This document shows, one piece after another, positions 54,412-63,619 of a stretch of 64,000 bases of DNA. A program made the position numbers and the translations under genes. The notes under the pieces were generated by a model. It was not told where the DNA came from, did no database searches, and saw only the letters and a program-made list of their open reading frames with translations. Every line of letters starts with the position of its first letter. Position 1 is the stretch's first letter. The DNA comes from a virus (Duplodnaviria; Caudoviricetes): positions 1-64,000 of IMG/VR virus record IMGVR_UViG_3300005689_000302; one strand, given 5' to 3'.

Positions 54412-56097
54412 ATGCCCGCCTCTTACGCTGGCGTCGATCTGCTGCTTGGCGATCCCGGCGGTCAACTGCAAGACTGGCTCGACCGCAATCTGCCGATCGG
54501 CGACGCATCGCTGTTCTGCGCCGATCCGCTCGGCTCGCTCGTTCGCTGGAACGGGCGCCGTTCTCAAGGGCCCAATGGCGGGATTGAGACGCCGAAGTGG
54601 CCGGCCTGCCCGCGGTGGGCGCTCAACTCGCTCTGGTGGCCGACCGGCGCTAGTCGCTTCGCGATCGGGCTCTTTCTCACCGATACAACGGGCCTGGCGA
54701 AGATTCTCGGAAAGCTCGAAAGTTCGGGCGGCTCGGCCAAGCTCAAGCTCTCTGACGGTCGGGTGAACCTCGAGACGAGCATGTATTTGTTGCCGCCGCG
54801 GCCGCTGTCGGCGCAAGAGTTTGGCAACTCGTTCTTCCTCCTGCCGCTGGTCGATGAGCGCTACCTGTGGCGCTGGAAGCAAACCGATACGTCGTTCGTC
54901 TTCGACGAGTCGGCGACCTGGTCGGATGTTATCTCGGCGATCGGGATGGAAATCGGCACGGTGTCGTTCGAAGCGATCCATGCCTCCTACGTCCGGCCCG
55001 ATCCGCATGAGCTCTCCCGCCGCGCCGAGAACGCGGCGGTGCTGCTCGACGCCGTCGCCGAATCGATCGGCCAGCGGTTCGTGCGACAACTCGACGGTAC
55101 GCTCGAGTGCCGGACATGGGATGTCTTCACGACGACGCTCAACCGCAACGAGCGCGGCAAGAAGCTCCTGCCGCTGGCGGGCCACGCCTTGGAAAAGGGC
55201 GTTCCGGGGATCCGGCCGGCGGAAGTGCTTGTCGTCTTTCGCAAAGCGAAGGGGAGCGTTCCATACGCCGACGGCGACGTTCACGTCGTCACCGAAAGCG
55301 GCGCGCAGTACGTTTCCGGCTCGACGGTCGTCGGCGGCAAGGTTTTTTACACAACGGCGCTGGCCGATTTTTCCAGCGAAGGCGGATCGCCCGACAACGC
55401 GGCGGCCGTCAATGCGCTCGCCTCCAAGATTGCCGCCGATTATTACGCCAGCCTCGAGCGGCCCTACGATCGTTCGTACGGCGGCCTGGCGGAATGGACG
55501 CTGACCGGCTTCGACGATTTCATCTGGTGGCGGCTTGGATCCCAAGACGGGCCGAATCCCGGCGAATATGCCGCCTATACTCGCGTCTGCTCGCCGGCCT
55601 ATGACTTCAGCGCTGGCGAATTGCTGCATCAGTTCGACGACATTCAGCCGACGCCGGTTGGGACATTCTTTGTGCGGCTGAACGCCGGCGAAACGCTCGA
55701 CGCCGGCGGCACGGCCGAGGGGCAACCGCTCGTCTGGAACGGCTCGGCCTATGCGGTGACGGGCCAAACGGTGACGGTCTATGATCCGCTCGGCAACGCG
55801 GCGGCCGTCGAAGGCGACGATCTGGTCTGTGTGCTCGACTCGAGCAACCGGGTAACGGTGCTGAGTTCCTCGGGCGGGGTGCGATTCTCGCAATACGAGC
55901 TGCAAGAGGATTGGGGCGCGACGACGGCCGATCAAGCGACTTGCGACCGGCTCGACTTGTTTACCGGAACGCTTGCCGAAGAGGACGTGGTCGTCTATTC
56001 GCGGCCGGAAGGGATGTTCGACGCGCTGGAGCAAGGCGATAAGCTGTTAGGGTTCAAACAGGACGGCAAGCATTATGCCGTCGCCGCGCCCTGCTAG
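54412..56097 (+). CDS. Tail hub/tip structural protein
   Basis: 561 aa; position before the Cys-rich tip protein; ends in APC. Confidence 0.55.
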   Translation: MPASYAGVDLLLGDPGGQLQDWLDRNLPIGDASLFCADPLGSLVRWNGRRSQGPNGGIETPKWPACPRWALNSLWWPTGASRFAIGLFLTDTTGLAKILGKLESSGGSAKLKLSDGRVNLETSMYLLPPRPLSAQEFGNSFFLLPLVDERYLWRWKQTDTSFVFDESATWSDVISAIGMEIGTVSFEAIHASYVRPDPHELSRRAENAAVLLDAVAESIGQRFVRQLDGTLECRTWDVFTTTLNRNERGKKLLPLAGHALEKGVPGIRPAEVLVVFRKAKGSVPYADGDVHVVTESGAQYVSGSTVVGGKVFYTTALADFSSEGGSPDNAAAVNALASKIAADYYASLERPYDRSYGGLAEWTLTGFDDFIWWRLGSQDGPNPGEYAAYTRVCSPAYDFSAGELLHQFDDIQPTPVGTFFVRLNAGETLDAGGTAEGQPLVWNGSAYAVTGQTVTVYDPLGNAAAVEGDDLVCVLDSSNRVTVLSSSGGVRFSQYELQEDWGATTADQATCDRLDLFTGTLAEEDVVVYSRPEGMFDALEQGDKLLGFKQDGKHYAVAAPC

Positions 56098-56106
56098 GGG
56101 TTCTCT

Positions 56107-58629
56107 ATGCCGCAAATCAACGTCGATTGCCGGATGGGCGCCGCGTACAACGCCTGCTGCGAGCTGTTCAGCGATTCATTCGACGGCACCAACGCGACGG
56201 TCGGCAACGGCTGGACAGAAGACGACGCGGCGGGCTGGTCGCGCGACGCCGGGGAGCTCGTCGCCGGCACGGGCGCGATCTTCTGCTATCACGCCATCGA
56301 CGCCGGCCCGCCCGAGCACTCGATCGAAGCCCGCGTCAAGTTCTCGGCCGTCGGCCAGCGGGCGGCGATCCTGGCCCGCTTCAATCTCAATCTTGGCTGC
56401 TACCTCTCGCTGGAAGTGGAGCTCGACTCGGCAGACTGCGCGATTCTGCGGCTGAAGAACAATAAAACGTGCGACGGCGGAAGTGACGAAACGCTTGCGC
56501 AAGCGGCCGTTGTTGGCGTGACGCTCGACGAATGGCATACCCTCGAGCTTTGCTACCGGGCCTTTGGCGAGCAAGACGAAGCGCAACTCTATGGGGAGCT
56601 GATTACGGCCGCCGGCGATCGCGTCAAGCTGGCGGCGACGACGACGCTTCCTGATGCGGACCCCGACGATTACGCCAATGTCGGCGTGCTTGTCGACGGC
56701 GCGCTCGACGCGGCGCAAATTCGCTTTGACGATTATGTCGTCGAAGCGACCGAAAGCGAAACGAGCGAATGCTGCACCTACTGCTACTATGGCCGGCCGT
56801 ATGACTGCCTTTTGTTGGCGGACGGCTTCGACCGCGACGACGCCGACAACCTCGGCTGCTTGTGGGGCGGCTGCGAGAACGGATCGATTGTTAGCAACGA
56901 AGCGCTGTTCGAAACGCCGAATACTTACTGCGCCGCCAACTATTTTTCCTCAATCCCCGCCTGGTCAATCGTCGTACTCGTCAAGGGCGACGACGACGAC
57001 GACGAGCCGCGCGGCCTGGTGGCGATCGTTGACGACGACAACTACCTCTTCGCGCAGCTCACTGTTGACGGCGCTTGCGGAAACCTCAAGCTCTTTCAGC
57101 GCTCCGGCGGAACGAATACGCAACTTGGAAGCTCCATACCGATCGCTACGGCCGTTCCCGACGCCTGGCATATCCTGCGCGTTTGCTGGGATGGGTCGCA
57201 CCTGTGGGCGCATGTAACGACGGCCGCCGGGGAGGAAGCCTGGTATCGGCAAGCGGTGCAAATCGACCCTGGCGCAATCACGAGCCTCGGCGGTATCGGC
57301 GTCGGGGTTGTGACGTCGGCAGTTCGTTTCGACGATTTTCAGCTCGAAATGATGAAGGGCGTTTTTGCCCAACTCAAGCACGTCGACGACTGCGAAGACT
57401 GCCGGCCCGATCCGCTCGACTGCGTGATTCATCAAGACGTCTTCACGCGCGACGATAGCGACGACGCCGGCTGTTATTGGGAGGAAGTCAGCGGCGATCA
57501 CGACATTGTCAGCAACGCCTTAGAGACGATGACGGCCGGCGTCGTCATTAGCCGGCTGCCGAACGTCTACGGCAACTCCGACGCATATTTAACGGCGACC
57601 GCCATCGCGCCAGACGACGCCGATTCCGCCGTTTTCATCGTCGATTATCTGGACGCCGACAATTACCATTTTGTGCGCGTGCGCTGGGGCGTTTCGGGGA
57701 TCGGCAACGCCGACGGCGACTTCATGCTCTATAAACGCGAAGGCGGCTCCAATACGGCGCTGCTCGATGATCCGGTGACGGTGGGGAGCCTGGCGGGCGG
57801 CGATCAGGCCAGCGTGACGATCTGCTTTGGGGATGGGCTGTTTGAGGCGATCGTTCAAGGGGCAAGCGCGAACACCGCCGGCAACGCCAGCGCCGAAACG
57901 ACGGCCGTCGGCGGCGACCGCGGCGGCCTCGGCGGCGATCAGGCCGGCGTGCGGTTCACTGGCTTCAGCTTCGAATATCTCTTTGGCGAAGAAGGCACGA
58001 CGAACTGCGAACGCTGCGTGACCAGCGGAACATGCGAAGATTTTTGCGTTGACAGCGAAATGCCGACGCAGCTCAAGGTAGTGCTCGACTTTCCCATTAT
58101 TGATTTTGAGCACTCGATCGCCACTTTTTGTGATGGCGGGCTCGCCGACGAGTGCCCGCTCGACGCCGACGAGATTCCGCGGACTTGGTATTTGGATCGC
58201 ACAACATCCTGCGTATGGTGTAAATCGATCAACTTGGCGGCCCGCGACTGCTCGACGTTTGCCGGCAATCCGCTGAGTACCTTCGTAAATGTCACTGTCT
58301 CGGCGACGATCGACGCCTCGGGCTTGACGGTGACGGTTCGGATTTGCGACTCGCTTTCCGACGAAGGCGATCAATGCGAAACGGAAACGCCCTGCTCGCC
58401 GCTTACCGGTCAATTCGGCTGCATCAACGGCCTCTGGACGTTTTTCCGCCCGTTTGTGCTTGGCGGCGACGACCTGGGAACGATTCCCGCTGAGGGCCCG
58501 GATAACGGCGGCCTCTGTATGGAGTGGGCCGACCTGGAAGTTCCTCTCTTCGACTTCACGCAAGTATCGGCCAATCAATGCTGCGCGATCGATCCCGAAC
58601 CGGAATTCGTGTATGTCTCGGCGGTCTAA
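56107..58629 (+). CDS. Cys/Asp-rich tail tip protein with three lectin-like beta-sandwich repeats
   Basis: Repeats begin FSDSFD, LADGFDRDD and HQDVFTRDD and end near RFDD/RFTG; CxxC linkers; about 38 Cys by hand count. Confidence 0.65.
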   Translation: MPQINVDCRMGAAYNACCELFSDSFDGTNATVGNGWTEDDAAGWSRDAGELVAGTGAIFCYHAIDAGPPEHSIEARVKFSAVGQRAAILARFNLNLGCYLSLEVELDSADCAILRLKNNKTCDGGSDETLAQAAVVGVTLDEWHTLELCYRAFGEQDEAQLYGELITAAGDRVKLAATTTLPDADPDDYANVGVLVDGALDAAQIRFDDYVVEATESETSECCTYCYYGRPYDCLLLADGFDRDDADNLGCLWGGCENGSIVSNEALFETPNTYCAANYFSSIPAWSIVVLVKGDDDDDEPRGLVAIVDDDNYLFAQLTVDGACGNLKLFQRSGGTNTQLGSSIPIATAVPDAWHILRVCWDGSHLWAHVTTAAGEEAWYRQAVQIDPGAITSLGGIGVGVVTSAVRFDDFQLEMMKGVFAQLKHVDDCEDCRPDPLDCVIHQDVFTRDDSDDAGCYWEEVSGDHDIVSNALETMTAGVVISRLPNVYGNSDAYLTATAIAPDDADSAVFIVDYLDADNYHFVRVRWGVSGIGNADGDFMLYKREGGSNTALLDDPVTVGSLAGGDQASVTICFGDGLFEAIVQGASANTAGNASAETTAVGGDRGGLGGDQAGVRFTGFSFEYLFGEEGTTNCERCVTSGTCEDFCVDSEMPTQLKVVLDFPIIDFEHSIATFCDGGLADECPLDADEIPRTWYLDRTTSCVWCKSINLAARDCSTFAGNPLSTFVNVTVSATIDASGLTVTVRICDSLSDEGDQCETETPCSPLTGQFGCINGLWTFFRPFVLGGDDLGTIPAEGPDNGGLCMEWADLEVPLFDFTQVSANQCCAIDPEPEFVYVSAV

Positions 58630-59815
58630 CAAGGCGGATCCGCTTTCCCTCTTTATCTGCCCGAAGTGCGGCCTGCGGGACAATCTCTCGGCGCGCGACT
58701 TTCCCGTTGTCTGCCGCTGCGGCGTCGTTCATAAGTCGAATCCCGCCGAGAAACCGCTTGGCGTCGATCGGCCGCTGCCGTCACTCGCCAAGCGACTGAC
58801 GGCCTACGAAATCGCCGTCCGCGAGCACAAGAAGCAAGGCGAGCCGTCGCGCAGCGACGAAGAAGTCGCCCGCATCTTTGAGGACGCCTGCCGACCCTGC
58901 GAGCGCTTCAACGGCAAGAGCTGCACGCTCTGCGGCTGCAGGGTGAATAAGAGCCCCTCGGCATTGCGGAACAAGATCCGCATGGCGACCGAAGTCTGCC
59001 CGATCGGCCGCTGGGGCGATTTTCCCTTTGGCGGGCCTGCCAAGTATCCTCGGCCGACGGTTCGCCACCTGCTCTATCACGTCTGCCCGCTCGATGCTGA
59101 GGCTGATCCGCATCAAGGTTGGCGCCAGAACCTACGGCAACTCTTTGCCCGCTGGGATCTGTTCAATGGCCGGCGGATTGTGGCGATCGTACATGGCGAG
59201 CGCCTCGAGCCGGTCGACCGAGTGCTCGAAGAGTTCTACGCATCGGTCTGGAATGGTTTTGACGTTGTCGTCCTGCCGAACGATCCCGAGCTGCGGGAAG
59301 CGGCGACGTTTCCGACGCTGCTCGCCTCGCTCGAGCCTGGTTGTTATCCGCCCCCGGCGCCGCTCGAAGAGCAAGCGATCTTCTTTGCTCATACCAAGGG
59401 CAATTCAACCGAAGGCAACCGGCAAGGGGCGATCTTCTGGCGCAACGCCATGTATCATCACTTGCTCGACCGGGCCGACGAGTGTTTGGATCGCCTGGCC
59501 GACTTCAAAGCCGTCGGCACGCACAAAATGGTTTGGGGCGACCACCCGACGCCGTATCCGTCGGGCCTTCAGGCGGGCCGCTGGATGTTCGCCGGCACGT
59601 TCTGGTGGCTAAGAGCGGATTTCGTCTTCGGCAACGAACGCTGGCGAGACATTCCCCGCGATCGCTACGGCGTGGAAGCGTACCCTTCGACGCTTTTTTC
59701 TTCCGAGGACGCTCATTCGATGTTTCAGTTGTGGGCGCCGTATCGCTTCCCGACGCCGAATCCCTACAAGCCGGGCCTCTACCATCAGGATCGAATCGCC
59801 GACGGTCCGCTATGA
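58613..59815 (+). CDS. Cys-rich Zn-binding N-terminus fused to a glycosyltransferase-like domain
   Basis: CRPC...CTLCGC...K..MATEVCPIGRW; then FFAHTKG, WRNAM, FAGTFWW, R...E pattern. Confidence 0.55.
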   Translation: MSRRSNKADPLSLFICPKCGLRDNLSARDFPVVCRCGVVHKSNPAEKPLGVDRPLPSLAKRLTAYEIAVREHKKQGEPSRSDEEVARIFEDACRPCERFNGKSCTLCGCRVNKSPSALRNKIRMATEVCPIGRWGDFPFGGPAKYPRPTVRHLLYHVCPLDAEADPHQGWRQNLRQLFARWDLFNGRRIVAIVHGERLEPVDRVLEEFYASVWNGFDVVVLPNDPELREAATFPTLLASLEPGCYPPPAPLEEQAIFFAHTKGNSTEGNRQGAIFWRNAMYHHLLDRADECLDRLADFKAVGTHKMVWGDHPTPYPSGLQAGRWMFAGTFWWLRADFVFGNERWRDIPRDRYGVEAYPSTLFSSEDAHSMFQLWAPYRFPTPNPYKPGLYHQDRIADGPL

Positions 59816-60177
59816 ACGACTTCCCAGCGCCGAAGAAGTTGAAAATCGGGCTCGACCTCGATCAGACGATCTACGGCTTCCCTGAGTTCTTCGCCGCATT
59901 CATTCCGGCGATGCACGCGGCCGGCCATCGGCTGTGCGTCACGAGCAACCACCTGCGCAGCCGCTGGCCGGAAGATTGCGAGCGACTTCGCGCCCTTGGC
60001 ATCGACCCCGATATGCTCGATCCTCATTTGATGCAGCAAGGCCCGGTCGACCACGGCCGGGCGCACAAGCGATGGATGGCGAAGCACGTCGACTTCATGT
60101 TTGACGATATGGTCGGGTTCAATGAGATAACGAAAACGGTCGTTTTCGTCTGTCCGCACGAGAAGGCAATCGATTGA
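59812..60177 (+). CDS. HAD-superfamily phosphatase
   Basis: IGLDLDQTI (DxDxT), VTS motif II, K and FDD motifs III/IV. Confidence 0.75.
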   Translation: MNDFPAPKKLKIGLDLDQTIYGFPEFFAAFIPAMHAAGHRLCVTSNHLRSRWPEDCERLRALGIDPDMLDPHLMQQGPVDHGRAHKRWMAKHVDFMFDDMVGFNEITKTVVFVCPHEKAID

Positions 60178-61250
60178 TGAATATCCTGGTCACCGGCGGC
60201 GCCGGCTTCATCGGAACGCATCTATGCGGCGACCTGGCTCGCCGTGGGCATAAGCTGACGGTCGTTGATTGCATCGACGATCAGGCGCATCGCGAGTCGT
60301 TGAACACGGTTCGCGATCTGCCCTGTGCTCTGTTTTGGCAAGGCTGCGCCGGCGACTGGCAAGGCGACTCGCATTTGACTTACGACGCCGTCATTCACCT
60401 GGCGGCCAAGGTCGGCGTCGGTCAATCGGCCTACGAGCAAGCCGAATACGCTTTCTGCAACACCCTCGATACGGCGAAGCTCCTCGAGCGGCTCGACGAT
60501 CGGATCAAGGCGGGCCAGCGGCCGAAAGTGCTTGTCGTCGCGAGCTCGATGAGCGTCTACGGCGAGTCACCGGCGGGCTTCGACGGAACGAACACAATGA
60601 CGAGAGGGCCGGTCGGCTGCCGGGAAGACTTCGAACGTCCCAGCCCGCGCAGCGTCTACGCCCTCACCAAATACGATCAAGAGCGCCTCTTCCTCTTCTT
60701 CGGCCAGCGGCACGACATTCCGACCTACGCCCTGCGCCTCTTCAACGTCTATGGGCCCGGGCAATCGCTCGCTAATCCGTACACTGGCGCCATCGCCAAC
60801 TTCGCGACGCGGATCCTCAACGGCCGCCCGCCGCTGGTCTATGGCGACGGCAATCAAACGCGCGATTTTGTCTATGTCGCCGATGTCGCCGACGCTTTCC
60901 GACACTTCGCCGAGTGCGGCGCCGAGGGGAGCGGCCCGTCGTCGGGCGTCTATAACGTCGGAACGGGGCGGCGGTGGCGGATCGAATTAGTGGCGACCGC
61001 GCTCGCGCGCCTGCTTGGTCGGCCCGATCTGTTGCCGACGATCGACGGCCGGCGGCGTGTCGGCGATGTCCAGCATTGCTTCGCCAGCGCGAAGAAAACG
61101 GCCGAAGTCGCCGGCTGGGCGGCGCGGGTGGATTTCATGGCCGGGCTCGAGCGGTACGCCGAATGGCTGCTCACCCAACCGAAGCCGGAAGACAGGAGCG
61201 ATCAAGCGGTTGCGGAGTTGGAAGCGAACGGGTTATTAGTTACTCCGTAA
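60177..61250 (+). CDS. NAD-dependent nucleotide-sugar epimerase/dehydratase (extended SDR)
   Basis: TGGAGFIG, HLAA, ASSMSVYG, YALTK (YxxxK), LRLFNVYGPGQ, RDFVYVAD. Confidence 0.95.
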   Translation: MNILVTGGAGFIGTHLCGDLARRGHKLTVVDCIDDQAHRESLNTVRDLPCALFWQGCAGDWQGDSHLTYDAVIHLAAKVGVGQSAYEQAEYAFCNTLDTAKLLERLDDRIKAGQRPKVLVVASSMSVYGESPAGFDGTNTMTRGPVGCREDFERPSPRSVYALTKYDQERLFLFFGQRHDIPTYALRLFNVYGPGQSLANPYTGAIANFATRILNGRPPLVYGDGNQTRDFVYVADVADAFRHFAECGAEGSGPSSGVYNVGTGRRWRIELVATALARLLGRPDLLPTIDGRRRVGDVQHCFASAKKTAEVAGWAARVDFMAGLERYAEWLLTQPKPEDRSDQAVAELEANGLLVTP

Positions 61251-61578
61251 CCGCCTGATGCTCTCCGCACCAATCACGATGATTTGTGGTCGGCTGTAGC
61301 CAGACGTCATCCCCTGCATCGTCATGGCCAATAAAGCTAGGCGGGAACCGTCGACAATGGCCGATGTACTCCACTATTTCTAACGCGAACGCGATTCCAT
61401 CCTCTTCGCGGAAGTATTCTTTGGCCTGTTGCTTGCTGTACCTCCAAGTTGGATCTTCAAACGGATCCCAAAACTTGCAGTTGCGGCACGAATCTACCTC
61501 GGGCAACGATTTAAGCCACCTTTCGCGCTCTTCATCCGAAAGGTAGCCTTCTTCGCTTCGTTCGCTTGCGTCAGTCAT
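61240..61578 (-). CDS. Small Cys-containing hypothetical protein
   Basis: CRNCKFW...GHCRRFPP...DWCGEH phage motif; 3' end overlaps the epimerase by 11 nt. Confidence 0.75.
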   Translation of the reverse strand: MTDASERSEEGYLSDEERERWLKSLPEVDSCRNCKFWDPFEDPTWRYSKQQAKEYFREEDGIAFALEIVEYIGHCRRFPPSFIGHDDAGDDVWLQPTTNHRDWCGEHQAVTE

Positions 61579-61633
61579 CGCGGATTTCCCTTGCTATCCC
61601 GGGCGTCAAAATAACCGATTGGCGAAGCGGCTG

Positions 61634-62644
61634 CTACGCCGAAGCCGACCTGCGCCGGCTCATCGCCGCGATCGCGTCGTCGCAAATCCGCTCGGCCGCG
61701 GCGACGGTCGCCGGCGCCAAGCCCATCGATCGCAGTTTCTTCCGCTCGGCGGTGATTCGCCCGGCGTGGTCGCTCGTCTCGATCAACCCGCGGAACGCCT
61801 CGAGAAAATCGGCGTCGGCCTGCTCGTCGACGTCGTAGACCGCCCGGCGATCCGCTTCTTCTTTAAGCAACCGCTCGCGCTGCGCCGCCAGCTCGTCGTA
61901 ACGCGGTTTGCAAAGCGCCACGGCGGCGGCGTGCGTCGGCTGGCTGATCTTGCCCGCTGACAAGTCTTCCTCGATCGACCGCCGGACCTTCGACGCGCAG
62001 CCGGGCGTCTTGCAGCTCGCCAGTTTCGCCTTGATGTCGTCGATGTAGGCGTCCCATACGCCGTGGGGCGGGCCGGAAAATGGCTGCTGGCGGCCGGTCG
62101 CCGGCGGGGAAGCGGGCTTCTCCGACCGCTGGCTTGCCGGCCGCTGGCCCTCTGGCCTTCTGTTCTCTCGCTGATTCCCCGGGCCGCCTGGCGGCAAGCC
62201 GTCGTGGTAGCCGAGATAGACGTCGGCGCAGCATCCCAGCGCCGCCAAACACTTCCCGAGGGCGTCGGTAATCGCCTTTTTGTAGGCGTCGTCGGCGTCG
62301 GCCTCGATCGCCGTCCCGCCGATCGTCGATCCGACCTGGTGCTTCTCGCCATCGGGCCCGCGCCACCAGACGCCGATCTGCACGAAGACGAACGGCCGCT
62401 GCTCGACGCGCTCGGCCTGCGTCTTGGCGTCTCTGATCGTCACCGGGAAGTCTTCGCGCCAGCGGTTTTCAATCGTCCAGCCCCAGCCTTCGCCGGCCGG
62501 GCCGAAAGCCTCTGTCATCTTCTGCATCCGGTATTCGGCTTTGATGTTCATCCCGCGGTAGCGCTTGCCGGCGATCGGCTTGATGTGCGCGGGGTCGGTG
62601 GCGGCGAGCTGGTCCCAATAGCGGGTGTTGGCGTTGGTCGTCAT
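61634..62644 (-). CDS. Rad52/Sak-like single-strand annealing protein
   Basis: YRMQKMTEAFGPAGEGWGW...GGT...DDAYKKAITDALGKCLAALGCCADVYLG; ATG 62644. Confidence 0.8.
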   Translation of the reverse strand: MTTNANTRYWDQLAATDPAHIKPIAGKRYRGMNIKAEYRMQKMTEAFGPAGEGWGWTIENRWREDFPVTIRDAKTQAERVEQRPFVFVQIGVWWRGPDGEKHQVGSTIGGTAIEADADDAYKKAITDALGKCLAALGCCADVYLGYHDGLPPGGPGNQRENRRPEGQRPASQRSEKPASPPATGRQQPFSGPPHGVWDAYIDDIKAKLASCKTPGCASKVRRSIEEDLSAGKISQPTHAAAVALCKPRYDELAAQRERLLKEEADRRAVYDVDEQADADFLEAFRGLIETSDHAGRITAERKKLRSMGLAPATVAAAERICDDAIAAMSRRRSASA

Positions 62645-62706
62645 GGTTTTGTCTCTCGAAGGGGCTAGGGTAACTGAACGCTTGGACAAGAGCGGTCAAA
62701 CGGGTT

Positions 62707-63507
62707 TCAAAACAACATGTGCTGCACGCTCGCCGCCTTGGCGGCGGCCAGCATCGCGGCGGGAAAGAGATAACCCGGCTCGGTCAACGGCGCGGGTGCG
62801 AAGTCGTCGACGCTGGGCGAAACGATCGGCGCCGCGGGCGGAGCATCCGGCGCCTTCGGCTCGAGACGGCGAAGCTGCTTTCCGTCCCAAACGAAGTCTT
62901 CGACGACTCGCGGCACGATCACCGGCGGCGCGACGGTGGGCAGGATCGGCGGCTGGTCGGGCGGCATGTGCTCGATCGCCGCCTGTCCCAATCGCCGAGT
63001 GGCGTCGATTACCGTCGTCAACGCGCCCCATATCGCCGGATAGCTCGCCTGCTGTTGGCGGCACGTCCTGAGAATCTGCGAGCGGATCGCCGCCAGCGAC
63101 GCCAGCGAATCGGCGGCGCGGGCGCTGTGGCCGACGTCGCGGCTCCAAGCCGCCTCGTCCTCGAGGATCGGCTTGCCGGCCGCGGCGCCGTGCAGCTCGG
63201 CCGCTTCCTTCTTCGCTTCGCGAGCGGCGTGAATGCTCGCCGTTCGCAGCTCGATCCACTTCTCGCGGCGCTGGCCGTAAAGGTGCTTCGGGCAAAGGTA
63301 CTCGCCCATATCGCGAAGGGCGGCGGCGTCATTGGCCGCCCGTTCCTCGGGCGTCATTGCCGCCAGCCGGGCGATCGTTTCGATGTTCAAGGCGTCGAGC
63401 TGCTCGGCGGTGTCGCCGAAGCGTTCGTCGTACTGATTGGCGATGGCCTGGTCGGTGTGGCGTTTGGCCCAATAGTCGCGGCTGGCGCGGTGGCGGTCGT
63501 AGGGCAT
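62707..63507 (-). CDS. Hypothetical protein
   Basis: 266-aa ORF co-oriented with the flanking minus-strand genes. Confidence 0.7.
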   Translation of the reverse strand: MPYDRHRASRDYWAKRHTDQAIANQYDERFGDTAEQLDALNIETIARLAAMTPEERAANDAAALRDMGEYLCPKHLYGQRREKWIELRTASIHAAREAKKEAAELHGAAAGKPILEDEAAWSRDVGHSARAADSLASLAAIRSQILRTCRQQQASYPAIWGALTTVIDATRRLGQAAIEHMPPDQPPILPTVAPPVIVPRVVEDFVWDGKQLRRLEPKAPDAPPAAPIVSPSVDDFAPAPLTEPGYLFPAAMLAAAKAASVQHMLF

Positions 63508-63544
63508 GGTCGTGTCGGTGTTGGGGGAAAGAAAAGAAAACCCG

Positions 63545-63590
63545 GGCGGCGGGGTCGGCCGGCGCGTGCGCCGACCGATCCCCAGCCGCC
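63545..63590 (-). terminator. Long hairpin followed by a U-rich tract on the minus strand (terminator/attenuator candidate)
   Basis: ggcggc-gggg-tcgg-cggcg/cgccg-ccga-cccc-gccgcc; minus-strand ttttcttttcttt begins about 5 nt downstream. Confidence 0.5.
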
Positions 63591-63619
63591 GGCCCCTGTG
63601 CGGGGTCAGAAGACAAGCT

